Made by a program: the position numbers and the translations under genes. A stretch of 64,000 bases of DNA from the NCBI RefSeq assembly GCF_006345805.1, contig NC_043004.1, forward strand, positions 28,644,001 to 28,708,000, in the 5' to 3' direction. Source of the DNA: Octopus sinensis. Its lineage: Eukaryota. Numbering within the stretch: the first letter of the stretch is position 1; every line of letters begins with the position of its first letter. The notes beneath the pieces are model-generated. The model did no database searches, was not told the DNA's origin, and worked only from the letters and a program-made list of their open reading frames with translations. Below, piece by piece: positions 23,153 through 36,959 of the stretch.

Positions 23153-25620
23153 TAGTGTGAGACAGAATGTGACAAAGACGGCTCTTTCAATCGCATGTAC
23201 AACTCATTTTTTTCCTGCTGAATAGACTGGAGCAACGTGACATTGAGTGTCGTACGCAAGAATACAACGAACTCACGACCTTTGAACTAAGAGCGTAATA
23301 TGCCGGAACAAATACAGAAATACATTTTGTCTGATGCTCTAGTGAGCACCACCTAATATTAGTAACATTGTGTTAACATAAAACTTTATTCAATAAGCTG
23401 AAATTGAAAAGAAATCTAATGAATCTTAGCTGAAATAGTTTTCATTATTTTCTGTTAGTATGTTAATTTTGGTGTTGATTTTCTTCGGTCTGTGACTGAG
23501 CACACCTTTGATCAAAAACATTTTAGCCGAAGCCAGTCTGTTTCCTTTTGGATATTGTATATCTAGGGATATATTATGCAATGTGGCACTCTTTTTTTGA
23601 AAGCGAGAGTGTAATATGATGAAAATTATCGAGTGAAAATATAGAAGCTCATTCGCTGCTTGTATATACCTTATTTATCTCAGAAAGGGTAACTAAACCG
23701 CGGAAATTTTCACATTCTTCGAGTTACCAGTGAGTCATTTACAGCAGTCTTTTATATAGTTTTAAATGAGAGGAAACAAACAATAACACTAGCTTTGATT
23801 CGAATGTCAGATTAGTTTCTGTAAGAATATTCAGTTTGAAAATCGAAGATATACTTTACAAATATCCCTCATATGTATAATTTATGTGATTTCTTTTATA
23901 TGATTTGAAGAAAATGCAGAAATCAATTACACCACAACCTTGGTATTGTGTGCCTTTTAGCTGAGTTTACACTTTTGCAGACCAATGTCTCCATCTCACC
24001 ACCATAGCATTCATCAGAAAAGAGCATCAAGCGATAAAGAACTTTCTACGGTTCCTCGACAAATTAAAAATAAATATTGTCCCTGTGTACAAAACTATTG
24101 TGTAATCACAACTGGAACGGTAGTGTTGACTGATCTGCTCATTCGGATATGAACAGGAACTAATCAATTACGTAGGGCAAAGCACTCTTTTTTTCCTGAA
24201 CTACTAGAACATGCGAAAAAAATACTCATTGCAAGTGAAGGTGGCAGCTGTCTCCTCAACTAAGTATTAAAAAAAATAACAACCTCGAGTTTTGTCCTCT
24301 TTTTCCTGGAATTCGAGAATGTTGGAATACAGCATACTATATTCCAACATTCCGTATCAGTTATTTTGGTGGATGGGGGTGAAAATCAACTTTGATAAAT
24401 TCAGCCGTTAGTTTATTTACAGCAGGAGAAAGTGACCTCCATCTCCAGTAAATTTTATGGAAATGGTTAATTACCACTAAAATATAGTACAATATATTAA
24501 TTTTAAAAAACTAATGACTAGAAGCGAGAATAATTAGACTTAAGAATTCCTTATGTTACTGAGCTTTGATTATTTATTTTTTATATATTTTTACTGTTTT
24601 TATTTTAATTCATAAATTAAATATTTTCAATTTAGCTGTTTTTGCTTTATTGATATTTCTAATGTCAATTTACCAATACATTTCAGACAATTATTCTGGT
24701 TATTACTGTTGCTTTTTTACTTACCGCATAGATCTGAGAAAACAGCCCTTCTAGTAGGGAGCATCCCGTTTTTTTGCTTTCTAACACATTATTTTTAGGA
24801 CTACATTACAATTTCTGAACTCTACACTATCCAGTGAACCCCTCCCGTTTTTAAAGACGCTACAATGTGATATGAGTAACGTTTGACTGGTACTTCTAGC
24901 AATTAGAATGACTACATAGCAGTTTCCTGTCTGGCGAGTGAAACTTCTGTAGATGCTGTCGTTATTATCGTTGATGTTGTTGTTGTTGGTGTTATGTTAC
25001 TGTTCATATCTATAACAAGAGTCAAAATCGATTTTTATGCATCATTGCTAAAAATACTAACTGGTCTCTTTCATCGTATACTCACTAGTTCATGATATAT
25101 AGAAACTTAATAAAAGCATAAAACAAAACAAAAATTATCAAGAAGTTTTCCAAATCTAAATCTGTGTTGCCTGCTGGCTCCCTTTGAAGTTCATGCACTT
25201 TCCCCTTTCATTTTATTGATTTGCGTAGATCTGAGAGATCTTTCCCCCTATATATTGACCAATCAACAAAATACATAGCTTATATTCTCTGGTACATTAA
25301 TGAAGAAATTAGTAAATTAGTGCTATTTAAATGAAAGAGCCGTCTTTGTTGTCAGAAAAACTGATCAAATGGAAGACAATAAAGTAATCGAAGTATAACT
25401 TAAGACTACAAACAAATGTCCATAAAAAACATAAATACATGTATATGTAATAGATATTTTGATGACTTAGTCATAGGAGGAACTTTTCTTTCGGGGCATC
25501 GGTTAGTTGTAGAAGGAAGGATGGAAATTATTCTCTAACTGAAGACTTGAACTGATTACTTGCAATAGAGTGAAGTCTACCACGGGTTAATTTTCCCATT
25601 CCTGTTGGGGAAGTAATTCA

Positions 25621-25705
<85 letters not shown>

Positions 25706-25867
25706 ATGTATGTATGTATGTATGTATGTATGTATGTATGTATGCATGTATGCATGTATGAATGTATGAATGTATGTATGTGTATTATATAATATATATA
25801 TATATATATTATATATATATATATATAATATATATATATATTATTTTATTTTATTTTATTTTATTTT

Positions 25868-26189
25868 ATTTTATCTAGTTTCAGCTCACGAGCTGTGGCC
25901 ATTTGGTGTTGCTACATGATTTTACTTCACGAATGCTTTTTAGCAACTGCCATTTGGTGCATGAGAGAGTTCGATGCAGCTGCCCTCATCTGCACCTCCT
26001 GTCGTGAAGTTGGTTCATCCGGGACACCTGACAGGAAGAGATCCAGTCCTACTTTACAGACATCCGCATCCACCCCATGCAGGTCCCTCAGGTTCTTCGG
26101 GAGGATATTGAAGAGCTGTGGGCCTCTGAAGCCCAGGCTATCACAGTATCTTGTCCTACATCTTGATGGCAAATTTGGAGTCCTTGGCA

Positions 26190-26190
<1 letters not shown>
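25868..26190 (-). mobile_element. 3' end of a CR1/L2-group LINE with (TAAAA)n tail
   Basis: FRGPQLFNILPKNLRDL...LDLFLSGVPDEP...RAAASNSLMHQ is a typical LINE C-terminus; short 3'UTR and tail; clade assignment tentative. Confidence 0.7.
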
Positions 26191-26259
<69 letters not shown>

Positions 26260-26775
26260 TGTATGTATGTATGTATATGAGGGTATGTGTAGATGGATAG
26301 ATGGATGGATGGGTGCATAGTTAAATGCTAACTACCATACTTGGAGTGATCAAAAGTTAATGACGTCCTTATGTCGTTAGCGTTAAAATTTCAGTTAAAA
26401 GAAAATCATTTTCCGCTCGCCACATCACATATGGTAGCTTGCTTAAATATTTGTTTTTGTATTAGCTCCTCGGGAAAATTTCAAGTGTCGTTATTTTAAA
26501 CTTACCAGCCTGTAGCTTTTCATTAGACAAAAATCTGATAGAAGTCTTTCTATGAACTTATCAACCATTTAGTTGACTACACTTCGCTGACGTGTAAGAA
26601 TCACACAAACCTACCACCACATAATATCATTTAAATTTAGGCGTATTTTAAATTTCGTGAGTTCTCAACCTCGCACCTAATAAGAATGACTGATATTCGA
26701 TTCATCATTTTTAGTAGGATACAATGTACCTGATTATTTGAATTTTTTGTCGAACTAACTTAAGAATTATTCCAG

Positions 26776-26847
<72 letters not shown>

Positions 26848-26892
26848 CTATATATATATATATATATCCCTCTCTATTCCCTCTCTTTTTAT

Positions 26893-26959
<67 letters not shown>

Positions 26960-26970
26960 ATATATATATA

Positions 26971-27010
<40 letters not shown>

Positions 27011-27020
27011 CGTACACATA

Positions 27021-27655
27021 CGAAGCCTGATCAATAAATATCCGGATTCTTGACATACTAACAAAGCTAAAGCACATATAGTAAAGCTTGGTGTAGATTG
27101 ACTTTAAACTGTGTTGTGCATGCGCACTAAGTTTTAACGTTCTATCTCACTTCGGCTGCTTACAGCAGTGCTTGGAAGGAATGTATGTAGCGTGTGATCG
27201 TCGCATTGTCCATGACAGAGTAAGGTGACCAGAGAATCTGCATCAAGTTTTGCCAAAAGCTTGGCGATACCTGCTCAGGGACCTAAGCAAAGTTTTCAAA
27301 AAGCTTTCATCGGTCTCGACACAATCAGGGAGATCTTGTGCAACTGAAACCCGAGTATCTTTTGGGTCAGCTGAAAGCAGTTTTGGCACAAACTTGGCAG
27401 ACACGCGTCTCATACCCAAATCTTCATTGACAACAGACTGAGCTCAACCGTAACTAATCTGCACATCCTCTGATAACTCAGGGTTGGTGATTCGACGATT
27501 TGCCCTCACAGCTGCACGCACATTTGCGATGTTTTCCTCAGTTCTGCTGGTTGCGGGTCTCTCAGAACGTTCGGCAATATCGAAATTTTTTTCAGCTATC
27601 TTGGAAACGTTTGAACCACTCATACACTTGTGTACAACACAGACACTCCTCTCAA
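27021..27655. mobile_element. Mariner element: 5' TIR and N-terminus on +, following segment inverted on -
   Basis: TA-cgaagcctgatcaataaatatccgg TIR; + strand MTE*GDQRICIKFCQKLG to about 27300; - strand RPATSRTEENI...LGMRRVSAKFVPKLL at 27300-27655. Confidence 0.8.
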
Positions 27656-28250
27656 TCCACGGCGTGTGTTGAATGTTAAAAGGTGTGCGCCATCTTCCTC
27701 TGCCTATATCTGTAGATAGTCCTCCGAGAGGTCTAACTTAAAGAAAATTTTTTCTCCATTTAGTTTTGAGAACACCTGGGCGTGGTAAAATGATAGCTGT
27801 GTTCAATTAAACAGTCATTTAATTACTGTTGAAAAGTCCGTACACACACTTAGTTTATTATTTCTTTTCTGCTCAGTCTGAATAGCCGACTTTTTCAATT
27901 ATAGCTCGACTATCTAGCTCTTTACTGACAAGGTCCAATGCCGTAAGCTCACATTCCGTTTGGGCCTAAAACCAGGTGTTGCCTTTTGTCTTACCGCGAT
28001 CCTCGCTTTTATTTTAGCGCAGCAGCCTGATCCTTCCCAAAAAAAACATTTGGAAACGATTTTTAAATTTTTTGTTTCAGTTGTTCGACTTCATTTGAAC
28101 TTTCAACCGTGCCGACTACATTTTCTCAGAGAACACTAATGGGGATATCCCACATTTTAAATAGCTCCATGAATTCTGTTCCAAACTGGTTTAGTGATTT
28201 TTTCAATACATTCGCCGATGAAAAATGATTTTCTTTTTCCTCTTAGACCA
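27655..28250 (-). mobile_element. Ty3/Gypsy pol (RT N-terminal) remnant
   Basis: Degenerate TPGFRPKRNV, KELD, FFKLDLSEDYLQI and LLTFNTRRGL resemble the Gypsy motifs FSKLDLSDAYLQI and TINTHRGL. Confidence 0.7.
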
Positions 28251-28276
28251 TATACTACGTTATTTGATTTAATTAA

Positions 28277-28344
<68 letters not shown>

Positions 28345-28892
28345 CATGTACATATATATGTATATAGATAGATAGATAGATATGCATATGCATACATATA
28401 GAGATACATATATATATACATATAGATACATATGTATACTTACATATATTTATATACACATACACACATATATGCAAAATATATATGTATAATATACACG
28501 TGTATTGGTGCACACGTGTAAGTATGTGCGTCGTTTATGCATATATATATATATATATGGCTGTAAACTCCCACAAGAAATGACTTTGAAACGTCAACCT
28601 TGACGGTGACTCGAACTCGTATATATCACATAACTAACGCTGACTCCATCTGAGGATTCGTACCCCGGCTCTACTACAACTAACCTCCTACAGCGATTGA
28701 CTGTCTGCCTTACAGTGGCTGGTAATACCCCTTTGTCTCGTGGGAAGGACAGTACAATTTTTGCTTGGACATACACACATATATATACACACACACATAC
28801 ATACATGCGTGCATACATACTTGCATACATACATATGTACGTTTGTATGTATGTATGTATGTATGTATGTATACATAAATATATATATATAT

Positions 28893-28949
<57 letters not shown>

Positions 28950-29472
28950 CATATATATGTATATAGATAGATAGATAGATATGCATATGCATACATATAG
29001 AGATACATATATATATCATATAGATACATATGTATACTTACATATATTTATATACACATACACACATATATGCAAAATATATATGTATAATATACACGTG
29101 TATTGGTGCACACGTGTAAGTATGTGCGTCGTTTATGCATATATATATATATATATGGCTGTAAACTCCCACAAGAAATGACTTTGAAACGTCAACCTTG
29201 ACGGTGACTCGAACTCGTATATATCACATAACTAACGCTGACTCCATCTGAGGATTCGTACCCCGGCTCTACTACAACTAACCTCCTACAGCGATTGACT
29301 GTCTGCCTTACAGTGGCTGGTAATACCCCTTTGTCTCGTGGGAAGGACAGTACAATTTTTGCTTGGACATACACACATATATATACACACACACATACAT
29401 ACATGCGTGCATACATACTTGCATACATACATATGTACGTTTGTATGTATGTATGTATGTATGTATGTATAC

Positions 29473-29545
<73 letters not shown>
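28345..29545. repeat. Near-identical ~599-bp tandem duplication
   Basis: The catgtacatatatatg...ggctgtaaactcccacaag...ggacagtacaatttttg block occurs twice, offset by about 599. Confidence 0.9.
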
Positions 29546-29819
29546 CATGGTGCTATTAAGTTAGACATGGCCTGGGCCAATAATGGCCGAAACCTATCAA
29601 AGTATCAAAGTATCAAAGTATCAAAGTATATATATTTATGCATATATATATACATATGTATATGTATACACACACACGCACACACACATAGTACTTACAT
29701 GCATACATAGATAGATAGATACATAGATACATACATATACATATATATGACTGAGCGCCTTCGCGTCGATTCGATTCGATTCGTTCCGTTTCGTTTCGTT
29801 TCTTCTTCTTCTCCCAGTA

Positions 29820-29857
<38 letters not shown>

Positions 29858-30550
29858 TGACTGCATCCATATTTTTCACTTCGTTTATGTTTTCCTCGAC
29901 GTCCTCACATCGGATCACTTATGCCGCTGATGCCACCAAAATGTACAATCTTATATATACACGCATATACGTAGTATAAATGAGTAACAAAGATGTACAG
30001 GTGTCAATTCATTACGATCGTTTCAAGCGACTCTTTTAATTGATTAATGCAAACATTACATCATTGGAAAGAAACCGTTTTCGTCAGACGACTGCATAGA
30101 CTTCAAACATAAAGGAAACTTCGAATGATCTTGTACAGTTAGAATTCCACAGGCCCCCAAATATTTACATTGATTCTGCTGCTATTCAGTTGGCAGAATG
30201 AATTTACCAAATAGTTTATATCGTGTCTAAACAAATAGAATTTAGAGGATAGTAGAGGTTATAGTAGGGGGAAGAAATAATTGAAATCAGTTACCCAGTG
30301 TATACTTCAAAACAAAAGAGGGAGGATTGTTTCTAACCGTCTAGAATTAAATATTAGGGGAGTTGTACGAGTATTCTTGTCAGTGGTGATAAATTATTTA
30401 ATACTATGGGTGTGGGAGGTACTCCGTCCTAACCAGGTGCCTCAATTTAAGTACTAATACAACTGAATTTTAATAATATATATATATATATACACGCACA
30501 TAATGTATACATATACATTTAGGCCACCACGAAGTATATACTTATGTATA

Positions 30551-30635
<85 letters not shown>

Positions 30636-30925
30636 GTATAGATTATAAATAGATAAGTATGCATGTATGTATGCGTGTGTGTGTGTGTGCATATTCGTGT
30701 CTATAAACTCATACATACGCATACATGTTATAAACACTTATGCATGTGCATATATGAACATATGTTTGCATGCTTGTGTGAGTTTGTGAACGTGTGAACA
30801 CGTTTGCGTGCGCACTTTTGCTTACATTTCTTAGAGCGATGAAATCTGTAAAATGTTATTCTTTATTTGGAAAGAGAAATAGTACTTGGGAAACAAAAGA
30901 GTTTGATATTTCCTTTCATACATAT

Positions 30926-30999
<74 letters not shown>

Positions 31000-31326
31000 C
31001 GTGCGTGTGTACGTGTGTGTGTGTGTGTGTGAAACTGATAAACTGAATAAAATGAACAATAAAAATTTGCAGTTTTATTTCGATTAAAATACCAGCAACT
31101 TCAGAGCAAAACCTACTAAAGTTCGGCTGCATTTCACGTCTCCGACTATCACTCCCACTCCGTTTGTTGTTTTAGACTCCCTCTACCAATGTGGCCGATG
31201 AGACACACATTGCATTATATATTCTCCTTACTATTACTATGAATAGATAAATACGTATTCGTTTACATTTACATAAATATTTGAAATTTTCAACTATTCG
31301 TTTGCTTAATATTGTTTAATATAATA

Positions 31327-31695
31327 GGCGTAAGAGTGGCTGTGTGGTAAGTAGCTTGCTTACGTACCAAATGGTTCCGGGTTCAGCCCACTGCGTGGCA
31401 CCTTGGGCAAGTGTCTTCTAATATAGCCTCGGGACGACCAAAGCTTTGTGAGTGGATTTGGTAGACGGAAACTGAAAGAAGCCCGTCGTATATGTGTGTG
31501 TATGTGTGTATGTTTGTTTGTGTTTGTCCCCCCCAACATCGCTTGACAACCGATGCTGGTGTGGGTTCAGCAAAAGAGACCGATAGAATAAGTACTAGGC
31601 TTACAAAGAATAAGTCCTGGGGTCGATTTGCTCGACTAAAGGCGGTGCTCCAGCATGGCCACAGTCAAATGATTGAAACAAGTAAAAGAGTAAAG
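31327..31695 (+). mobile_element. tRNA-derived SINE family A
   Basis: ggcg..gagtggctgtgtggtaag A box, ggttccgggttcag B box, 3' atggccacagtcaaatgattgaaacaagtaaaaga. Confidence 0.85.
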
Positions 31696-32633
31696 AGAGA
31701 GTGCCACTGAAGACTGAGTTCAAGTAAACCTGACACGGCGCAATCGGTGACAATCGGAGTGCCTATTTATAGTTAGATGTCCCGGGCTGTTAAGTATCGC
31801 TGTTAAGAAAGCGAAACTTTAGTGGTACGACACGAATTATTAATCTTTCGGTAGAGGAGCAAATGTATCGATCAGTCAACAACTACATCCTACAGACTCT
31901 TTACAGACAATGAATTCGTAAAAGCAGGAATAAATTCGTATTTGGTCAATATTTCCAGAAAAAAATAATGCAGTCTTAAATTTCCGCCTGTGGATAGGAT
32001 GAAAAGTACTGTTAGTATAGGGACCGTGGCGGCGGGGTGGGTGTTGGAGGGTTATTATAAATTGAAGCTAATTAGTTATTATTTGAAGCCACACAATTTT
32101 CAAAGTAGTGCTCTTAGCTATAAGACAAAACAGCAGGGGAAATCTAAAGATGACTGTTCATCTGTGCTTTCTTCCTTTACATGTTATAATGAAGTTACTG
32201 TGTTTGTCAAATTTAAGCAATAGTTCTATTAAATAAATAATTATTTTACATTCCTTTTAAGAACAGGGTTAGCAAAACTGTTTATTGTTTCAGGGGTGGA
32301 GGTTCTGTTAGAGAAGGGGTTGTTTCTCTATTCTAATACTTCTGTCGTGTACCTAATAAATTTGATTTCAGCAATTTTCTTTTGTCTATTATTTCATTTC
32401 ACGAGGTGGGGTGAATATCGAAATAAAATTCATTGCTTTAGTTTTTAAGTGAAATTGTAAATCAAATCAATAGAAAATATTCGTAGTTTTTTTTTTTTAA
32501 ATCGAATTTCGATTACAACTTGAATTTCGATCTTATTGCTCCCATCTTTATATCGGTTTATAAAATAAACTGTTTTATCCACATTAAATTTAAAATAAAA
32601 AGAAAAAATGGTAAAAAAAAATATATATATATA

Positions 32634-32801
32634 GCAGGAGTAGCTGTGTGGTAAGTAGCTTGCTAACCAACCACATGGTTCCGGGTTCATTCCCACTGCG
32701 TGGCACCTTGGGCAAGTGTCTTCTGCTATAGGCCCGGGCCGACCAATACCTTGTGAGTGGATTTGGTAGATGGAAACTGAAAGAAGCCTGTCGTATATAT
32801 G

Positions 32802-32834
<33 letters not shown>

Positions 32835-33042
32835 ATGTCTGTGTTTGTCCCCCTAGCATTGCTTGACAACCGATGCTGGTGTGTTTACGTCCCCGTCACT
32901 TAGCGGTTCGGCAAAAGAGACCGATAGAATAAGTACTGGGCTTACAAAAGAATAAGTCCCGGGGTCAATTTGCTCGACTAAAAGGCGGTGCTCCAGCATG
33001 GCTGCAATCAAATGACTGAAACAAGTAAAAGAGTAAAAGAGT
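32634..33042 (+). mobile_element. tRNA-derived SINE family A, full length
   Basis: High similarity to 61914-62312. Confidence 0.9.
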
Positions 33043-34532
33043 AATGCTTCAATCGACAATCTCATTCTAAATATAATAGAAAGATAAAAGACCAGGATTG
33101 GCTGCGAGGCTTTCATCTCATAATTTCCAATTCACTATGGTGGACCACAGAAGTGATAAAACACCGAAACAAAATCTCTTACGGTATGTTCCACGTTCAA
33201 ACGCCACCAGCATCAACTTTCTTCATTTTTGACAATCCAAAAAATGAAAATAGCATTTACGTTACTAAGGATACTCAATCGGCTATACGTCTTTTACAAA
33301 ATATGAGACTCTATGTTAATATTTAATATAGTTTTTGTGTGTTGTTATTTAACTATAGATCATCCTTAATCCAGCAGCCTTCTGACCAAAGGACCTTCTA
33401 ATCATGACACCTCTGTGGGATTTCTTTTTGGCGAGCACTACACCTCCAAGACAGCATTATCGCGTGTCCGAAATTTTAAGGTAGTGTATGATTTGCTGGG
33501 AAGTTAGCAGCCAGTTATAACGCGTCAATTGACTACATATATACATACATACATACATACATATATACATACATACATACATACATACGTACGTACGTAC
33601 GTACATACATACATACATACATACATACATACATACATACATACATACATACATACATACATACATACATACAAAAGTACCCTGTTGTTGATGTTGAAAT
33701 TCCAATCAAGGAGCCTTGGATCTAGGTAAGAAATTCATTGGCAATAAATCTGAAAATAAAACTGAATAATGACGTACATGTATTATACATAAATACGTAT
33801 TTGTGTATGCGTCTTCATGTGTGCGTGAATGCGTGTAATATATTACATTGGTTTGGGTGTTGGTGATGGTGTTGGTGCTTAATGTGGAGGCATTGGTAGT
33901 AGTGGCAGTAGTCATATTGTTCTTGTTAATTGTATTGTTGCTGTTAAGTCTGAGATCAGTCCTCATTCACCTAAAAAATAAAGATATTTCGTTTAACTTA
34001 AAAAATAAGCTGGGAACCACAGTAACATATATCATTGTCTATAATTTTGGATTAAACTCCTCCTAGACCTAATGATGCTTTTGATCATAAAGGACTTGGT
34101 TGAATAGTAACGGTGATGGTTATGTTTGTGTTTTTGTCGATGGTTGTTATAATGGTGTTGATGGTACGTAGTGGTGATGGTGACTTTCTTTATAGATAAA
34201 CAGACAACAAAATAGACAATCAGATAGACAGATAGACAGACAGACATGTAGATAGATACATACATACATACATACATACATTCATTGTTTTATCACATGA
34301 AACTGAGTAACAGTTTGTGAAGTTTTTTTGGATTTAATAAATAAGGATTTTGCTCTACGTTTTCGTTATTTGACTGTTACATTTTTCATCTCGTTTTGCA
34401 CTTATGTGCTTACTTGTGTATATATGTATATATATATGTGTGTATGTGTGTGTGTGTGTGTATGTGTGTGTGTGTGTGTGTGTATGTGTGTGTGTGTGTG
34501 TGTGTGTGCGTGCGTGTGTGTGTACAGATATA

Positions 34533-35745
34533 CAGAGTCTTGCAGATAAATTGAGATCAATTTTAAACTATTGACTTAGTGGGTTTGACATTTCATTTTC
34601 CGATAAAATTTTGCTTTCTTGAAAATCTAATTCTCTTCTTTATTTTTCAGGTAAATAGTCAAGAAAAAAGTCATGGAACAACAGAATCGTTCCGCTATCG
34701 TTATTTTGGCGAACGCCGGGCATTACAGTCAATAAAATTGGTAAGTTGACGAAATTTCCAAAAACAACATTTTATCGTGTATATGAACAATTTAATGAAG
34801 CGGGAAAGATTGATAGAAAAGAACACAAGACTTAAAGTGATTCCAAACGCAATCCAAAGTTTCTCGCTGGCTTCAAACGCTCGCAAAGAAATGCAATGTG
34901 TCCTTTTCCACGGTGTCCAGAGCTGTAGACAGGAACCTTGGCTTCATTAGCTGTGTTCAACGACGCTGTCACCTCCTAACAGTCAAGGCCAAAGCAATCA
35001 GAGCTGAGAGATGCCCAAAGTTTTTGTCATTCATTAAGGTACAGGGAAAAACTCTCGTGTTTGTGGATTAGAAGTTCACTGTGGAAGCTGAGGTGAATCG
35101 CAGAAATTCTCGAATGATTGCATACAACAATTCTGACGCCCCTCCACACTTTGTTTGAGACTAAGAATCCTGCATCTGTGATGGTATTTGGAATCGTGGC
35201 GAATGATGGAATTGTCATGGATCCACACTTCTTTGAGTCTGGCTTGACGATCGACACAAAGGAGTATCTGGACATCCTGAAGAACTGCCTGTTGCCTTGG
35301 ATAGAGCAGAAATTTGGGCTTGACAATGTGGTGCTTATCCATGATTCTGCACCATACCATGGGTCAAAAGCAACACAGGACCTCCTTGATGAGAAGGTGC
35401 CATTTTTTGCGAGGGCTAACATCTGGTCCAGTAATAGCCCAGATGTCAACCTTCTCCATTACTTTTTATGGGGCGTACATCAAGCAGGGATCAATCATTC
35501 AGCACACTCGAGTGTCAATGGTTTGACACAAAATTAAAAAGGCAGAGATTACAGCAGCTGTAAAAAATTTTCATCCTCGTGTGGAGGCAATAATTGCCAA
35601 AATGGGTGGGGGAATATTGAGCAATGAATGTTTTTGTCGTAATACATATTACATTAAAATTATATCTGTCTACTATGATTATTTTAGTATCTATAACCAG
35701 TTTTATGCATCGTAAAAATTGTCTCAATTTATCTGCAAGAACCTG
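34533..35745 (+). mobile_element. Tc1/mariner maT-type (DD37D) transposon, defective
   Basis: TIRs cagagtcttgcagataaattgaga / tctcaatttatctgcaagaacctg with TA duplication; HDSAPYH...WSSNSPDVNLLHY has 37 residues between the second D and the third position (now H). Confidence 0.85.
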
Positions 35746-36218
35746 TATATGTATACCCTCAGGAACTTTATTCTCTTGTCTGTATTCTTCTATCTACTGT
35801 TTTAATCTTTATTCTTCTATCTACTATTTTATTCCTTTATAAACGGTGAATTCTCTGTCAAGAACTTTCATACACATTCACCTTGTCTCTGATGACAAAA
35901 TACTCATTATATAGAGACGCTAACCTATTACTTGGGAAATCCTTAAAACAGCTGTTAGACATCCAATAATTAATTAATTAAATAACTAATTGATCAATTG
36001 CTTCAAATTCACCTTACTGCAATGAAATAATCAAAATGACTTGAGACACTCGTCGTGCATTGGTTTTTGTTATCTTTTTCTCTTATAAACCTGCTAACTC
36101 GGAAGCCTACTACAGACCCAAAGCTCCTGCCTCAGCTGTGACCTTGGAACCTAACGGATGACCAGCAACACAACGTACCTATTCGTTTAGACCACCAGTG
36201 AACTAAACCCCTCATATG

Positions 36219-36273
<55 letters not shown>

Positions 36274-36559
36274 ATTATATATTAAAGGAAACAGAGACAT
36301 ACAGTTGACACGCATACACATATACGTACACATACATAATATTCAGAATACATATATACATGCACATTCACACATGTACATATATATATATATATACACA
36401 CACATATATATATATATACATATATACACACTCTTACACATACAAGCACACACATATACGTACATATCCATACATATATATACATATACACACATATATA
36501 CACATACACACTTACAAGGTGAGCAAAAGTGTACGTGCGCCGCTATATGTATGTATAAA

Positions 36560-36790
36560 TCGAAACAAAGGAACATGAACCCAACAGACGACAATAAAAC
36601 ATCCGGACAGATCGACGATGCGAAGACGGACAGGACAAATCAAGGACGGGTCATTCACAGCTTCCTCTCTTCTTGATTGACGACAGGAAGCTGCTAATAA
36701 CCAGTCATTGTTTTTTCCTGTCCGTATTCGCATCGTCTATCTGTCTGGATGTTTTATTGTCGCCTGTTGTGTTCTTGTTCCGTTTTATGA
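36560..36790. repeat. Imperfect hairpin (~65-90-bp arms) next to a PLE
   Basis: gacaataaaacatccggacagatcgacgatgcgaagacggacagga versus tcctgtccgtattcgcatcgtctatctgtctggatgttttattgtc. Confidence 0.8.
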
Positions 36791-36853
36791 ATTTATATAT
36801 ACATATACATAGAAAACATCTACTGATATAGCCATATACATATTCATATGCAT

Positions 36854-36887
<34 letters not shown>

Positions 36888-36959
36888 CTAGCATGACTAT
36901 GTATTTGCCATTTAATGATGTACGATTTCATACTATCCTTTAACTTCCATATAATCTCA

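Noticed and set aside
28555-28770. gaaacgtcaacc and gagttcgagtc motifs (also at 29155-29370) as a hammerhead or tRNA
   Set aside because: No CUGANGA core or stem I partner and no cloverleaf; left as an unclassified repeat
35880-35920. ctgatga followed by gagac complementarity
   Set aside because: Lacks GAAA and stem II
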